From positions 512,001 to 576,000 of the forward strand of contig JBMNFY010000017.1 in assembly GCA_050949565.1 (NCBI GenBank): a stretch of 64,000 bases of DNA, written 5' to 3'. The stretch is from Kiritimatiellia bacterium (GTDB lineage Bacteria > Verrucomicrobiota > Kiritimatiellia > RFP12 > UBA1067). Numbering within the stretch: the first letter of the stretch is position 1; every line of letters starts with the position of its first letter. The position numbers and the translations under genes are program-made. This document shows, piece by piece, positions 1-8,852 of the stretch. The notes below the pieces were generated by a model. That model had not been told where the DNA came from and ran no database searches. It saw only the letters and a list, made by a program, of their open reading frames with translations.

Positions 1-65
1 TCACCAACAACAAGGCGGCCAACGCGTTGGTGAAGCCCTACATCCGCCCCGGTTGGGAATTCTAA
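1..65 (+). CDS. 3' end of a probable Gfo/Idh/MocA oxidoreductase (partial, enters from window edge)
   Basis: Frame from nt 3 reads TNNKAANALVKPYIRPGWEF*. This resembles the C-termini of the oxidoreductases at 15431 (ANALLKSNYRAGWEL) and 28980 (ANELLHYPYRAGYTL). Confidence 0.65.
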   Translation, partial: TNNKAANALVKPYIRPGWEF

Positions 66-79
66 GACCGGACGAACTG

Positions 80-217
80 CTAACTCCGCGCGTAGCGCGG
101 CTGTGCTGGGAGGGAGGGGCGGAAGTAAGAGGTAAGAAGCAATAGGTAATAGGTGACAGGTAATAGGTGATAGGCGGAAGCGGAAACTCCTAAATCCTAA
201 ATCCTAAATCCTAAATC
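80..217. repeat. Intergenic repeat mosaic: palindromic CCGCGCGTAGCGCGG unit, (AATAGGT)n-like and (TAAATCC)n heptamer tracts
   Basis: Directly visible. The 21-mer at 80-100 recurs as an exact reverse complement at 63822-63842, and the heptamer tracts recur inverted at 3676-3860. Confidence 0.85.
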
Positions 218-270
218 TTAACTGCGGGGCAAGCGTCGCTTGCCCCGCCCGCCCTCTTCCAGCTTGCGAA

Positions 271-1584
271 ATGAACCTCTGGAAAGACACCTACCCCCTG
301 ATCGTCTCCTGTGCGCGCGGCCTTGCGCCGCTCACGGCACAAGAGCTGACGCGCCTTGGCTACAAGATCATCGATTCAACCGAAAACACGGTCGTGGTGC
401 GCGGCGGCATGCGCGACATGATGACCCTCAATCTCCAGTTACGCACCGCCCACCGCGTGCTGGTGCCGCTGCTGCGAACCACCTGCGGCAACCTGCGCTA
501 CCTCTACAACGATGTCTATTCGATCGACTGGGAAAACCTAATTGACGTCGACGGCTACTTCACGGTCAACAGCGTGGTGCGCAATGAAACCGTGCGCGAC
601 ACCCGCATGCCATCGCTCACCACCAAAGACGCGATCGTCGATCGCATCCGCGACAAGCGTGGCGGCCGCCCCGATTCCGGTCGCGAAACATACGGTGCCG
701 CCGTCTTCGTCTACTGGATAAACAGCGAGCTGATCATCTACATCGACACCACCGGCGAACCGCTCTCCAAGCGCGGCTACCGTAAAAATCCGGGCGTCGC
801 GCCGATGCAGGAAACCCTCGCCGCCGGCTGTGTGCTGGCCTCCGGATGGGACGGCAACTCGCCGTTTGTCGTGCCGATGTGCGGCAGCGGGACGCCCGCC
901 ATCGAGGCGGCGCTCTACGCGATCAACCGCGCCCCGGGCAGCTTTAAAAGCCATTTCGGTTTCATGGCGATCAAAGGTTACCGCCGCATGATCCCCGGTG
1001 AGAAAGCCGGCGTCAGCGTGCGCCAGCGTTTCGGTGCCACGCCCGAGCAGATCTGGAAAGACATGGTTGCCGTCGCGCGCCAACAAGAACGCCGCGAGAA
1101 CCTGCCGCCGATTATCGCCACCGACGTCTCCGAGGACGTCGTCGAAACCGCCCATCTCAACGCCATCGCCGCCGGTGTCGCGGAATACATGACCTTCGGC
1201 ACCTGCGATTTCGCGGACACCCGTCTGCCGCCGCCGCCCGGCGTGATCTTCATGAATCCACCCTACGGCGAGCGCCTGACCGCAGGTGCCGCTGTCGACG
1301 CCGCCGATCTAACGGCGGACGCCGCAGTGGATGCCCCCGATGCCCCGGCCGAAGAACCAGTTCCCGGCGAACCGCTGGACGAGCTTTACGGCCGTATCGG
1401 CGATTTCCTCAAGCAGAAAGGTGCCGGCTACACAGGCTGCGTCTTTACCGGCAACATGGAGCTGTCGCGCCGCATCGGCCTGCGCTCCTCGCGCCGCATC
1501 ACATTTTACAACGGCCCCATCGAATGCCGCCTGATCGTTTTTGACCTCTACGAAGGAGATAAGACATGCGCGCCATCACCGTAA
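271..1584 (+). CDS. THUMP-domain RNA (guanine-N2) methyltransferase, RlmL/YpsC-like
   Basis: N-terminal NLQLRTAHRVL; DTTGEPLSKRGYR; APMQETLAA; PMCGSGT SAM motif; NPPYGERL. Confidence 0.9.
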   Translation: MNLWKDTYPLIVSCARGLAPLTAQELTRLGYKIIDSTENTVVVRGGMRDMMTLNLQLRTAHRVLVPLLRTTCGNLRYLYNDVYSIDWENLIDVDGYFTVNSVVRNETVRDTRMPSLTTKDAIVDRIRDKRGGRPDSGRETYGAAVFVYWINSELIIYIDTTGEPLSKRGYRKNPGVAPMQETLAAGCVLASGWDGNSPFVVPMCGSGTPAIEAALYAINRAPGSFKSHFGFMAIKGYRRMIPGEKAGVSVRQRFGATPEQIWKDMVAVARQQERRENLPPIIATDVSEDVVETAHLNAIAAGVAEYMTFGTCDFADTRLPPPPGVIFMNPPYGERLTAGAAVDAADLTADAAVDAPDAPAEEPVPGEPLDELYGRIGDFLKQKGAGYTGCVFTGNMELSRRIGLRSSRRITFYNGPIECRLIVFDLYEGDKTCAPSP

Positions 1585-3230
1585 CCGTCAAAGGCTCACC
1601 GCCCGTCGTCGTCTCGACGGGTACACGCATCGGCGATCTGTTGCCCACAGTCAACAGCGATGGCCATCCCGTCCTCGGCGCGATTGCCAACAATATGGTG
1701 GTGCCGCTCTTCATGCCCCTCATGACCGATGCGACGCTCACACCGCTGACCATCCAAGACCCTCACGGCTGGAACATCTATCGCACCTCTCTCTGCTTCC
1801 TCTTGGCCAAGACCGCCCACAAACTTTACCCCGACCTTGAATGCCGCGTGCGTAACTCGGTCGGTGCCGGTCTTTACTGCACAGTGCAATGGTCCGACCG
1901 CTCGCCCGCCGCGATCGAAGCCCATATCAAACGCCTCAAAGCGGCGATGCAGGAGACCATCCGTCGCGACCTCCCCATCACGCCGACCACCGTCTCTTAT
2001 GAAGCCGCGACCCACCTCTTCCGCGAATCCGGGCAAACCGACAAGCTGCACCTGCTCGCGCACCGCAATCCGCCGGTCGTTTGCCTAGCGCAGTGCGGAT
2101 CGTTCTTCGAACTGAGCCAGGAGCCGCTGGTGCCGCGTACCGGCCTGTTGGAACTGTTCGACCTGATCCCCCATAACAGCGGCTTCGTCCTCAACGTGCC
2201 GACATCCGCACGCCCGCGTGAATTGCCGCCGTTGCCGCCCCACGAATACCTCTTCACGGTCTACCACGAACACATCGAATGGGGCAAGATCGTCGGCATC
2301 ACTACTGTCGGTGAACTCAATCAGGCGGTGGTCGAAAAACGCGTCGACGACTTTGTACATACGATCGAAGCCCTGCACGACAAGAAGCTCGCCCGCATCG
2401 CCGACGCCATTGTGCAACGCACGCCGCCCGTGCGTCTGGTGCTGGTCGCCGGCCCCTCCTCGGCTGGCAAGACCACCTTCTCGAAGCGACTCATCACCCA
2501 CCTGCGCGTCAACGGCTACCACCCCACCCTGATCTCCACCGACAACTACTTCGTGGGGGACGCGCGCAATCCGCGCGACGCGGCCGGCAACCTCGATTAC
2601 GAGCACATCGAATCCATGGATCTGCCGCGCCTCAACAGCGACCTGTTGCGCCTGATGGCCGGCGAAGAGGTCTATCTGCGCGCCTTCGACTTCAGAACAA
2701 AAGAGGGCTACGACCAGCCCACCGCCACGCGCCTGCCCGAAAACAGCATCATCGTGATGGAGGGCATCCACAGCCTCAACCCGCAGTTGACCGCCGATGT
2801 GCCGCAGGAGCAGAAATTCCTGATCTACATCAACACCCTCACGCAACTCGGCGTCGACAGCAGCACGCGCATCTCCACCACCGACACCCGCATCATCCGG
2901 CGCATGGTGCGTGACCACCACTTCCGCAACCGCTCTGCGATCGAGACCCTGCGCATGTGGCCCTCTATCGCGCGTGGCGAAAAGCGCTGGATCTATCCCT
3001 ATCAGCACCTCGCCGATGCCGTATTCAACTCCGCCCTCGACTATGAACTGGCCGTGCTGAAACCGCTGGCCGCACCGCTGCTCAACCAGATCAAGCCATG
3101 GGACGAGGCCTACATTGAGGCGCGCCGCCTCTCTGGCTTCCTGCACAACTTCTCACCCCTCGCGCCGGACATTGTCCCCGGCGACTCCATCCTGCGCGAA
3201 TACATCGGCGGCAGCCAACTAACCTACTAA
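1566..3230 (+). CDS. Uridine/nucleoside kinase with N-terminal TGS/ThrRS-like domains
   Basis: P-loop AGPSSAGKTT, EGIHSLN, DTRIIRRMVRD, FNSALDYEL and C-terminal SILREYIGGS. N-terminus YRTSLCFLL resembles the ThrRS N-domain. Confidence 0.88.
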   Translation: MRAITVTVKGSPPVVVSTGTRIGDLLPTVNSDGHPVLGAIANNMVVPLFMPLMTDATLTPLTIQDPHGWNIYRTSLCFLLAKTAHKLYPDLECRVRNSVGAGLYCTVQWSDRSPAAIEAHIKRLKAAMQETIRRDLPITPTTVSYEAATHLFRESGQTDKLHLLAHRNPPVVCLAQCGSFFELSQEPLVPRTGLLELFDLIPHNSGFVLNVPTSARPRELPPLPPHEYLFTVYHEHIEWGKIVGITTVGELNQAVVEKRVDDFVHTIEALHDKKLARIADAIVQRTPPVRLVLVAGPSSAGKTTFSKRLITHLRVNGYHPTLISTDNYFVGDARNPRDAAGNLDYEHIESMDLPRLNSDLLRLMAGEEVYLRAFDFRTKEGYDQPTATRLPENSIIVMEGIHSLNPQLTADVPQEQKFLIYINTLTQLGVDSSTRISTTDTRIIRRMVRDHHFRNRSAIETLRMWPSIARGEKRWIYPYQHLADAVFNSALDYELAVLKPLAAPLLNQIKPWDEAYIEARRLSGFLHNFSPLAPDIVPGDSILREYIGGSQLTY

Positions 3231-3250
3231 TGCACATCATAGGAAACGCC

Positions 3251-3664
3251 ATGAGCAAAGAACTTGAAGAAGGCAACACCCTGACGCTGGATTTCGCCAA
3301 GATCGCCAAGATCGCCGAGACCTGCAAGGACGCAATTCCGGTGGCCGTGCAAAACGCCGACACCCGCGAGGTGATTCTGGTCGCTTACACTAACGAGTTG
3401 GCCATGAGGAAGGCGTTCGCAGAGCGCACGCTGATTCTCTGGAGCACCTCGCGCAACGTCCTATGGGAAAAAGGCAAGACCTCCGGCGAGACCTTCGACC
3501 TGCTGGAGGCACGCGTCAACTGCGAGCAAAACTCACTGCTCTACATCGTGCGCCCGCGTCGTGGCGGCATCTGCCACACAAAAAATCAAAAAGACGAACC
3601 GCGCAATTGCTACTACCGCCGTATCGACATGGACACGCTCGCCCTCACCAATCTGGACCCATGA
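3251..3664 (+). CDS. hisI: Phosphoribosyl-AMP cyclohydrolase
   Basis: IPVAVQNADT, WSTSRNVLWEKGKTSG, CHT..NCYYR Zn ligands. Start placed at ATG 3251 after AGGA. Confidence 0.85.
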   Translation: MSKELEEGNTLTLDFAKIAKIAETCKDAIPVAVQNADTREVILVAYTNELAMRKAFAERTLILWSTSRNVLWEKGKTSGETFDLLEARVNCEQNSLLYIVRPRRGGICHTKNQKDEPRNCYYRRIDMDTLALTNLDP

Positions 3665-3675
3665 GGGGAAGGAAA

Positions 3676-3860
3676 ATTTAGGATTTAGGATTTAGGAGTT
3701 TTCGACTTCAGCGTTCAGAGTTCGACGTTCAGCGTTCAGAGTTAAAAACGTTTAACGCTCAAGTTATAGGCAAGGAGTTTTCAGCGTTCATTCCCAATTC
3801 CTAAATCCTACCTCCTAAATCCTAAATGGTACTATTACCTATTACCTATTACTTTCGCCC
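3676..3860. repeat. Intergenic heptamer mosaic: (TTTAGGA)n ... (AGCGTTC)n ... (TAAATCC)n, (TATTACC)n
   Basis: Short tandem tracts visible. The TTTAGGA and TCCTAAA tracts face each other as an inverted pair. Confidence 0.85.
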
Positions 3861-3862
3861 CT

Positions 3863-4552
3863 ATGCGCTACCGTTGTCCATACTGCAAACACCTCTTTGA
3901 CGAAGCCCCGCCGCCGGCCTGTCCGGCCTGCGGTAAGATCATGATCGTGCCGGCGATGAAGGAACTCAGCGAGCGCCAGACGCGCCGACGCGCGGTCGAA
4001 CGCATCCGACGCGATAGCGAACGACAAAAGGCGTCGCTACAAGGGCACGTTGCGCCCGGCCTGTGGCGTACTCCCAAGGTTTACTTTGCCGTAATCGCGG
4101 TGTTGGCCATACTGGGTGGCGCGATTTTCCGCGCCTCCGACCGCGCGTCGCAGCGCAAAGAAGCCGAACCGCCGCACTTTCGCGCCATGCGGCACGTGGA
4201 TGTACTGGCCGAGGCGCTGGGTCGCTATCGCTTCCATGTCGGGACCTTCCCCAGCGTCGAACAGGGACTCGCCGCGCTCGTGCGTGATCCGCAAGTGTCA
4301 GGCTGGAACGGCCCCTACATCAACCAGCTCCGACGCGACCCGTGGGGCACGCCATACGTGTACGCGCCAGCATCAAACGGGCTGCCTGTGCTGCTCTCCT
4401 GCGGCGCCGACAAAATCCGCGGCACGCCGGACGACATCCGTCCCGATCCCGCACGCTTCGATCCCGGCACTGAATGGACCAATGGATGGGTCTCCGCCGC
4501 CGAGCGTCTGCCCGGTGTGACCATCCTGCCCTCCCCGCCTATTGAAAATTGA
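3863..4552 (+). CDS. GspG/T2SS-G domain protein with N-terminal zinc ribbon and single TM helix
   Basis: CPYC..CPAC, TM segment, then ALGRYRFHVGTFPS..GLAALV..WNGPYI..DPWGTPYVY..SCGAD..GTPDDI typical of the T2SSG domain. Confidence 0.75.
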   Translation: MRYRCPYCKHLFDEAPPPACPACGKIMIVPAMKELSERQTRRRAVERIRRDSERQKASLQGHVAPGLWRTPKVYFAVIAVLAILGGAIFRASDRASQRKEAEPPHFRAMRHVDVLAEALGRYRFHVGTFPSVEQGLAALVRDPQVSGWNGPYINQLRRDPWGTPYVYAPASNGLPVLLSCGADKIRGTPDDIRPDPARFDPGTEWTNGWVSAAERLPGVTILPSPPIEN

Positions 4553-4725
4553 GCGTTGAGCGTTCAACGTTCGACGTTCTGAGTTGGCGCTCCGCGAGCC
4601 GGGTGAATGGCTTGCGCAGAGCAGCACACTTAGTCGCTTACACTTCGTCCAAAACACTTAGTCACTGGCGCAATCAGCTAAGACGTATACGACTAAGCGT
4701 ACACGACTAAGTGTGGGGATTAAGT
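4549..4725. repeat. Intergenic short tandem tracts (GAGCGTT)n and inverted CACTTAGTC / GACTAAG units
   Basis: Visible between the convergent GspG-like gene and asd. Confidence 0.7.
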
Positions 4726-4776
4726 GTCTCCGCGCCGTGCGCGGAGGAAAAGCGTGGCCGTCCTACCGTCCGCGCC

Positions 4777-5793
4777 CTAAATCAGGCCGCGGCGGATCAT
4801 CGTCTCGGCGATCTGCACGGCATTCTGCGCGGCGCCCTTGCGGATGTTGTCGCCGCAGCACCAGAGCGCCAGACCGTTCTCGACACTCGGATCGACCCGG
4901 ATGCGCCCCACGCCCACGTCATCGCCGCCGCCGATAAAGAGCGGCATCGGATACTGGGCGGTCGCCACATCGTCGATGACCTTAACGCCTTCGGTGCGAG
5001 AAAGGATGTCACGCGCCTGCTCCGCCGAGATCGGTGCGCTGAATTCCGCATGAATAGCAATGGAGTGGGCATAGAAAACCGGCACACGCACACAGGTACA
5101 CGCGATGCGCAGATCAGGGCACCCCAGAATCTTGCGCGATTCAAAGGTTAGCTTGGCCTCCTCCGAGGTAAAGCCCGGCATTTCCTTCTTAAGGCCGCCG
5201 ATCTGCGGCAGAACATTGAAGGCAATCTGGTGGGGATAGGTGTTGACGGCCATCTCGGCGCCGGTCGCGTAGGCGCGCGCCTGCTGCTCCAACTCCTCGA
5301 CCGCCGCGCGTCCGGTGCCACTCACCGACTGGAAAGTCACGGCGGTCATGTGGCGCAAGGGCACCTGCTTGTGCAGCGGCGCGATGCCCATCAGCGTGAT
5401 GATCGTGCTGCAGTTCGGGTTCGCGATGAAGCCCTGATGACGATCAAGCGCTTCGGCATTGATCTCCGGGATCACCAACGGTACGCGCTCGTCCATACGG
5501 TAGTCATCACCGTTGTCGATCACCACCACGCCGCGCTCGACCGCCTCCCAGCCGAACTGCTTGGACGCGCCCTTGGAGCCTTCGGTGCCAGCGAAAAACG
5601 CGATGTCTAATCCATCAAACGCCTCGGGGGTGGTCTCCAGTACATGGAAGGTCTCACCGGCAATCTCTTCATCGCGCTCACGCGTAGCCAAAACGCGGAT
5701 TTCGCTGGCGGGGAACTTGCGCTGGCGCAAAACCTTGATCATCTCCGTGCCCACCGCACCGATACCCACCAAACCGACCTTATACTGCTTCAT
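4777..5793 (-). CDS. asd: Aspartate-semialdehyde dehydrogenase
   Basis: GAVG Rossmann motif, IANPNCST catalytic Cys, QSVSGTG, TCVRVPV, DNIRKGAAQNAVQIAE. Confidence 0.96.
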   Translation of the reverse strand: MKQYKVGLVGIGAVGTEMIKVLRQRKFPASEIRVLATRERDEEIAGETFHVLETTPEAFDGLDIAFFAGTEGSKGASKQFGWEAVERGVVVIDNGDDYRMDERVPLVIPEINAEALDRHQGFIANPNCSTIITLMGIAPLHKQVPLRHMTAVTFQSVSGTGRAAVEELEQQARAYATGAEMAVNTYPHQIAFNVLPQIGGLKKEMPGFTSEEAKLTFESRKILGCPDLRIACTCVRVPVFYAHSIAIHAEFSAPISAEQARDILSRTEGVKVIDDVATAQYPMPLFIGGGDDVGVGRIRVDPSVENGLALWCCGDNIRKGAAQNAVQIAETMIRRGLI

Positions 5794-5997
5794 CTGACAC
5801 CCCTATCGTTTGCTCTGTGAAACGGCGCGAAATCTTACCAAAACGCGCAAAATCCGCAATCCCCTTTCTGGGCAACAAAGGGACAGGTATTTAGAGCGCC
5901 ATAGACGAAAAACAGCGCCGCGCCTTTTCGTGTGTTTCGCGGTTTCAATTTCACACTTCAGCGTTGGACGTTCTGAGTTCAGCGTTCTGCGTTCATA

Positions 5998-6210
5998 TCA
6001 TGGCGCCCATGTGAGGGCTAACTTCTTCCCGGAGTGAGCACATTCCCGCAGATAGAGATTGATCAGGTTCTGGTATGGCACCCCAGTCTCGAGTGCCATA
6101 GCCTTGAAATAATCTATGACGTCCGTCCCTAAGCGTATGGTCACCTGCTTTCGCAAGTGCTTCGCGTAAGGGTTGCGAACCGAGTCGGTGAAGTCATATT
6201 CTTTTCTCAT
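5998..6210 (-). CDS. brnA: BrnA-family antitoxin
   Basis: MRKEYDF..RNPY..KQVTIRL..VIDYFK..GVPYQNLINLYL. Start overlaps the toxin stop (ATGA). Confidence 0.88.
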   Translation of the reverse strand: MRKEYDFTDSVRNPYAKHLRKQVTIRLGTDVIDYFKAMALETGVPYQNLINLYLRECAHSGKKLALTWAP

Positions 6211-6497
6211 AGATAGCTCCCGTATTGCTTGCGTTCGTTCGGCGTCGCTTTGCGTGCCGAGATGATACGGATTACCTCGTCGTTCTCGCGATAAGCATGG
6301 CACACGAGCAGCATCCGTAGCTTAGCACTGAACCCGAGCAGGATGAATCGATCCTCCCTCAAGGAATGATCAGGATCGTGCATCAAACGAGCGTTCTCGT
6401 CCCCAAACACAGTCACAGCCTCCTCGAAAGTAACGCCGTGCTTGCGTCTGTTCTCTATGGCTTTCGCTTCGTTCCATGCAAACCTTACCCCGTTCAT
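6207..6497 (-). CDS. brnT: BrnT-family ribonuclease toxin
   Basis: FAWNEAKAIENRRKHGVTFEEA..DPDHS..EDRF..IRIISARKAT..ERKQY. Confidence 0.92.
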   Translation of the reverse strand: MNGVRFAWNEAKAIENRRKHGVTFEEAVTVFGDENARLMHDPDHSLREDRFILLGFSAKLRMLLVCHAYRENDEVIRIISARKATPNERKQYGSYL

Positions 6498-6589
6498 AAT
6501 GCTACTATATTTCTTATAGCGTTATGTTGCAAGGATATTTCTTCAAACGAAGGTTTTTTGTCGGCATCACGAATCTGGTTGTAAGCGAG

Positions 6590-7070
6590 GTGTCTTATGG
6601 TATCGACGACGAGACGCTTGAATACTTTACTCCGGCTTTTGTGAATGAGCTGCGAGAGCAAGGGCAGTTAAAAATCTCAGCCGTACACCAAAGGTTTCGC
6701 GAAGGCGAAACCGATGGCTTGATCATGTTCGACTTCAACGCAACTGAATCTGCTGGCACTCAAGAAGTTCCTGTATATGGCAGCCCCGCTTCTCGACTGC
6801 CTCGACAACAGTTATGTGGTAGCAATTGACGAGTTGGACGCCAAACTTGGTGTCGCCGACATGAAAACTCCGACGCTCGACGCACCGGAACCATGGCCGA
6901 GCGAGAGCGTATCTTGATCGTCTGTGAGGGCGCAAAGACCGAGCCCAACTACTTCCGCGCCATTCAAGAAAAGTTGCCCCCGCGTGTCGTGGAAGTAGAA
7001 ATCGCTGGTGAGGGGCACAATACCTTGCGACTGGTCGAGACCGCTCAACAGATTCAAACTCACAACACCG
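6590..7070 (+). pseudogene. Collapsed relic of an RloA-like AAA ATPase / RloB pair
   Basis: Fragments FDFNATESAGTQ and (other frame) VVAIDELDAKL (ABC signature, Walker B). Then from 6893 ERILIVCEGAKTEPNYF (RloB/TOPRIM-like start), with similarity ending after about 55 aa. Confidence 0.7.
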
Positions 7071-7098
7071 GCCCCCTGACACCGCCGCGGTTGCCAAC

Positions 7099-8541
7099 TC
7101 ACGTTTCGAGTTGGGCGGTGTCTTTCTTTGCGGAGGATGGATCGAAGCCCATTTTTTTGAGGTCGACATCACCGATGACCTGCGGCTTCGCGGTCCGCCA
7201 AGCTCCACGCGTGAAATCCGGAATCTCCACGGGAACGCCGCCGCGTTTGTCGCTTTCCGCCGAGCACGGCACGATCGCGCTCCAGCTCGCAAGGTCGTAC
7301 ACGTCCATGTCGAGCGGCAGCCCGTTTTGCAGACAATACGCCCAGCGCAGGTCCATGATGAAATCCATGCCGCCGTGCCCGCCTACCTTCTTGGCGATTT
7401 CACCCACGCTCTTCCAGAGCGGATGCTTGTGCTCCTCACGCGCCTTGGCAAAGTCCGCGTCACTCAACCACCCCGCGTGTGCGCCCGGCGTCTTCGCAAG
7501 TGCCAGCCGAGGGGGATAGTCATAGAAGCACCCCTTCGAGCCCTGAATCAGATTGATGCGACTGTAGGGACGCGGCGTCACCGTGTCGTACTGCATCATA
7601 ATCGTGCGGCCCTTCGCCGTGCGGATGATCGACGTATTGATGTCGCCCTCTTCCCACTTGAGTTTATTCTGCCATGCGTCCGGACCATACTTCGCGGCCA
7701 CGAACTCCTTTTTCGCGACAGCCGAGGACGAGAACGACACAATCTTCTCCATACGGTCGCCGCGGTTCATGTCCATGTAGAGGCAGATCGGCCCGAGCGC
7801 GTGCGTCGGATAGGGATTGCCCCAGTGACGCACTTCCGAACCAGGCGCACGCAAAGCTTGCTCCTTCCGACTTCGGTTGCGGAAATGATCCGCCGTCTGC
7901 CGGTCTGTGAGGTTGTGGATGTAACCGCCCTCCGCGTGTGTGAGCGTTCCCAAAAGCCCCTTGTGGCAGAGATTCCATGCGAACATCTCCATCTCGCCGT
8001 AACAGCAATTCTCAAGCATCATGCAGTGGCGACGCGCCTTTTCGCAGGCTTCGACAATCTTCCATGCCTCATCAAGCATCTGCGCACCGGGCACCTCTGT
8101 GAGCACGTGCTTGCCTGCGAGGAGCGAATAAATCTCCATCTCGGCATGGAGCGGAGCTGGCGTAGCGATGTACACCAGATCCACGTCGTCGCAATCGGAC
8201 AGCCCTTTCCATTTATCCGCCGTCCCGCTGAAACAGTGCGCGGGGGTTGGCTTCCCTTTTTCCTTAAGCCATTTGAGCGCCTGATCGACTGCTTCGGGCC
8301 GCAGGTCGCAGAGCGCGGTGAACTCGCAACCCGGGATCAACGCGACGCGTCGTACCGCCGCTGTGCCGCGCTCGCCGATCCCCACGATGCCCACACGTAT
8401 CTTCTTCAACGGTGCGACTGCAAAATTACTCATCGGCTGCGCAGCGCCGACGCTCATGTTACCGCGGCACTCAGCGGCTGCGGCAGCAACCGCCACCATC
8501 CAAGCCGCCCCCTTCACAAACTCACGCCTGCTCTGTCGCAT
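7099..8541 (-). CDS. Tat-exported NAD+-dependent glycoside hydrolase family 109 (Gfo/Idh/MocA)
   Basis: SRREFVK twin-Arg signal, GIGERG, TEVP, MMLENCCY, NPYPTHALGP, PRPYSR, GGHGGMD. Confidence 0.92.
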   Translation of the reverse strand: MRQSRREFVKGAAWMVAVAAAAAECRGNMSVGAAQPMSNFAVAPLKKIRVGIVGIGERGTAAVRRVALIPGCEFTALCDLRPEAVDQALKWLKEKGKPTPAHCFSGTADKWKGLSDCDDVDLVYIATPAPLHAEMEIYSLLAGKHVLTEVPGAQMLDEAWKIVEACEKARRHCMMLENCCYGEMEMFAWNLCHKGLLGTLTHAEGGYIHNLTDRQTADHFRNRSRKEQALRAPGSEVRHWGNPYPTHALGPICLYMDMNRGDRMEKIVSFSSSAVAKKEFVAAKYGPDAWQNKLKWEEGDINTSIIRTAKGRTIMMQYDTVTPRPYSRINLIQGSKGCFYDYPPRLALAKTPGAHAGWLSDADFAKAREEHKHPLWKSVGEIAKKVGGHGGMDFIMDLRWAYCLQNGLPLDMDVYDLASWSAIVPCSAESDKRGGVPVEIPDFTRGAWRTAKPQVIGDVDLKKMGFDPSSAKKDTAQLET

Positions 8542-8709
8542 ATGCGTCTCCCTTCTTTACAAGCTTAAGCTCGACTTAAATGTTCCGAATTTTACCGATC
8601 ACGTCAACCCCCAATTTTGGTAAAATGTAACGCATGACCTCTTCTCGGCGGTAACGGTGCCGCCTGGAACTGAGCCAATGACGTACCGCCTAACTCCTTG
8701 TCTATAAAT

Positions 8710-8850
8710 TGACAGGATTACATGATTTACATGATTTTCAGGATTGAATAACATCGTGTTAATCATGTAATCATGTCCTAAACTTATTCCAAGGTTTTTT
8801 CGCGGCGAAGCCGCGCGGCGGGCTAAGTCCTAAATCCTAACTGTTACCTT
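8710..8850. repeat. Empty inverted repeat pair (GACAGGATTACATGATTTACATGATT ... AATCATGTAATCATGTC) plus palindrome CGCGGCGAAGCCGCG and a TAAATCC tract
   Basis: Directly visible upstream of the DAHP synthase gene. Confidence 0.75.
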
Positions 8851-8852
8851 CC

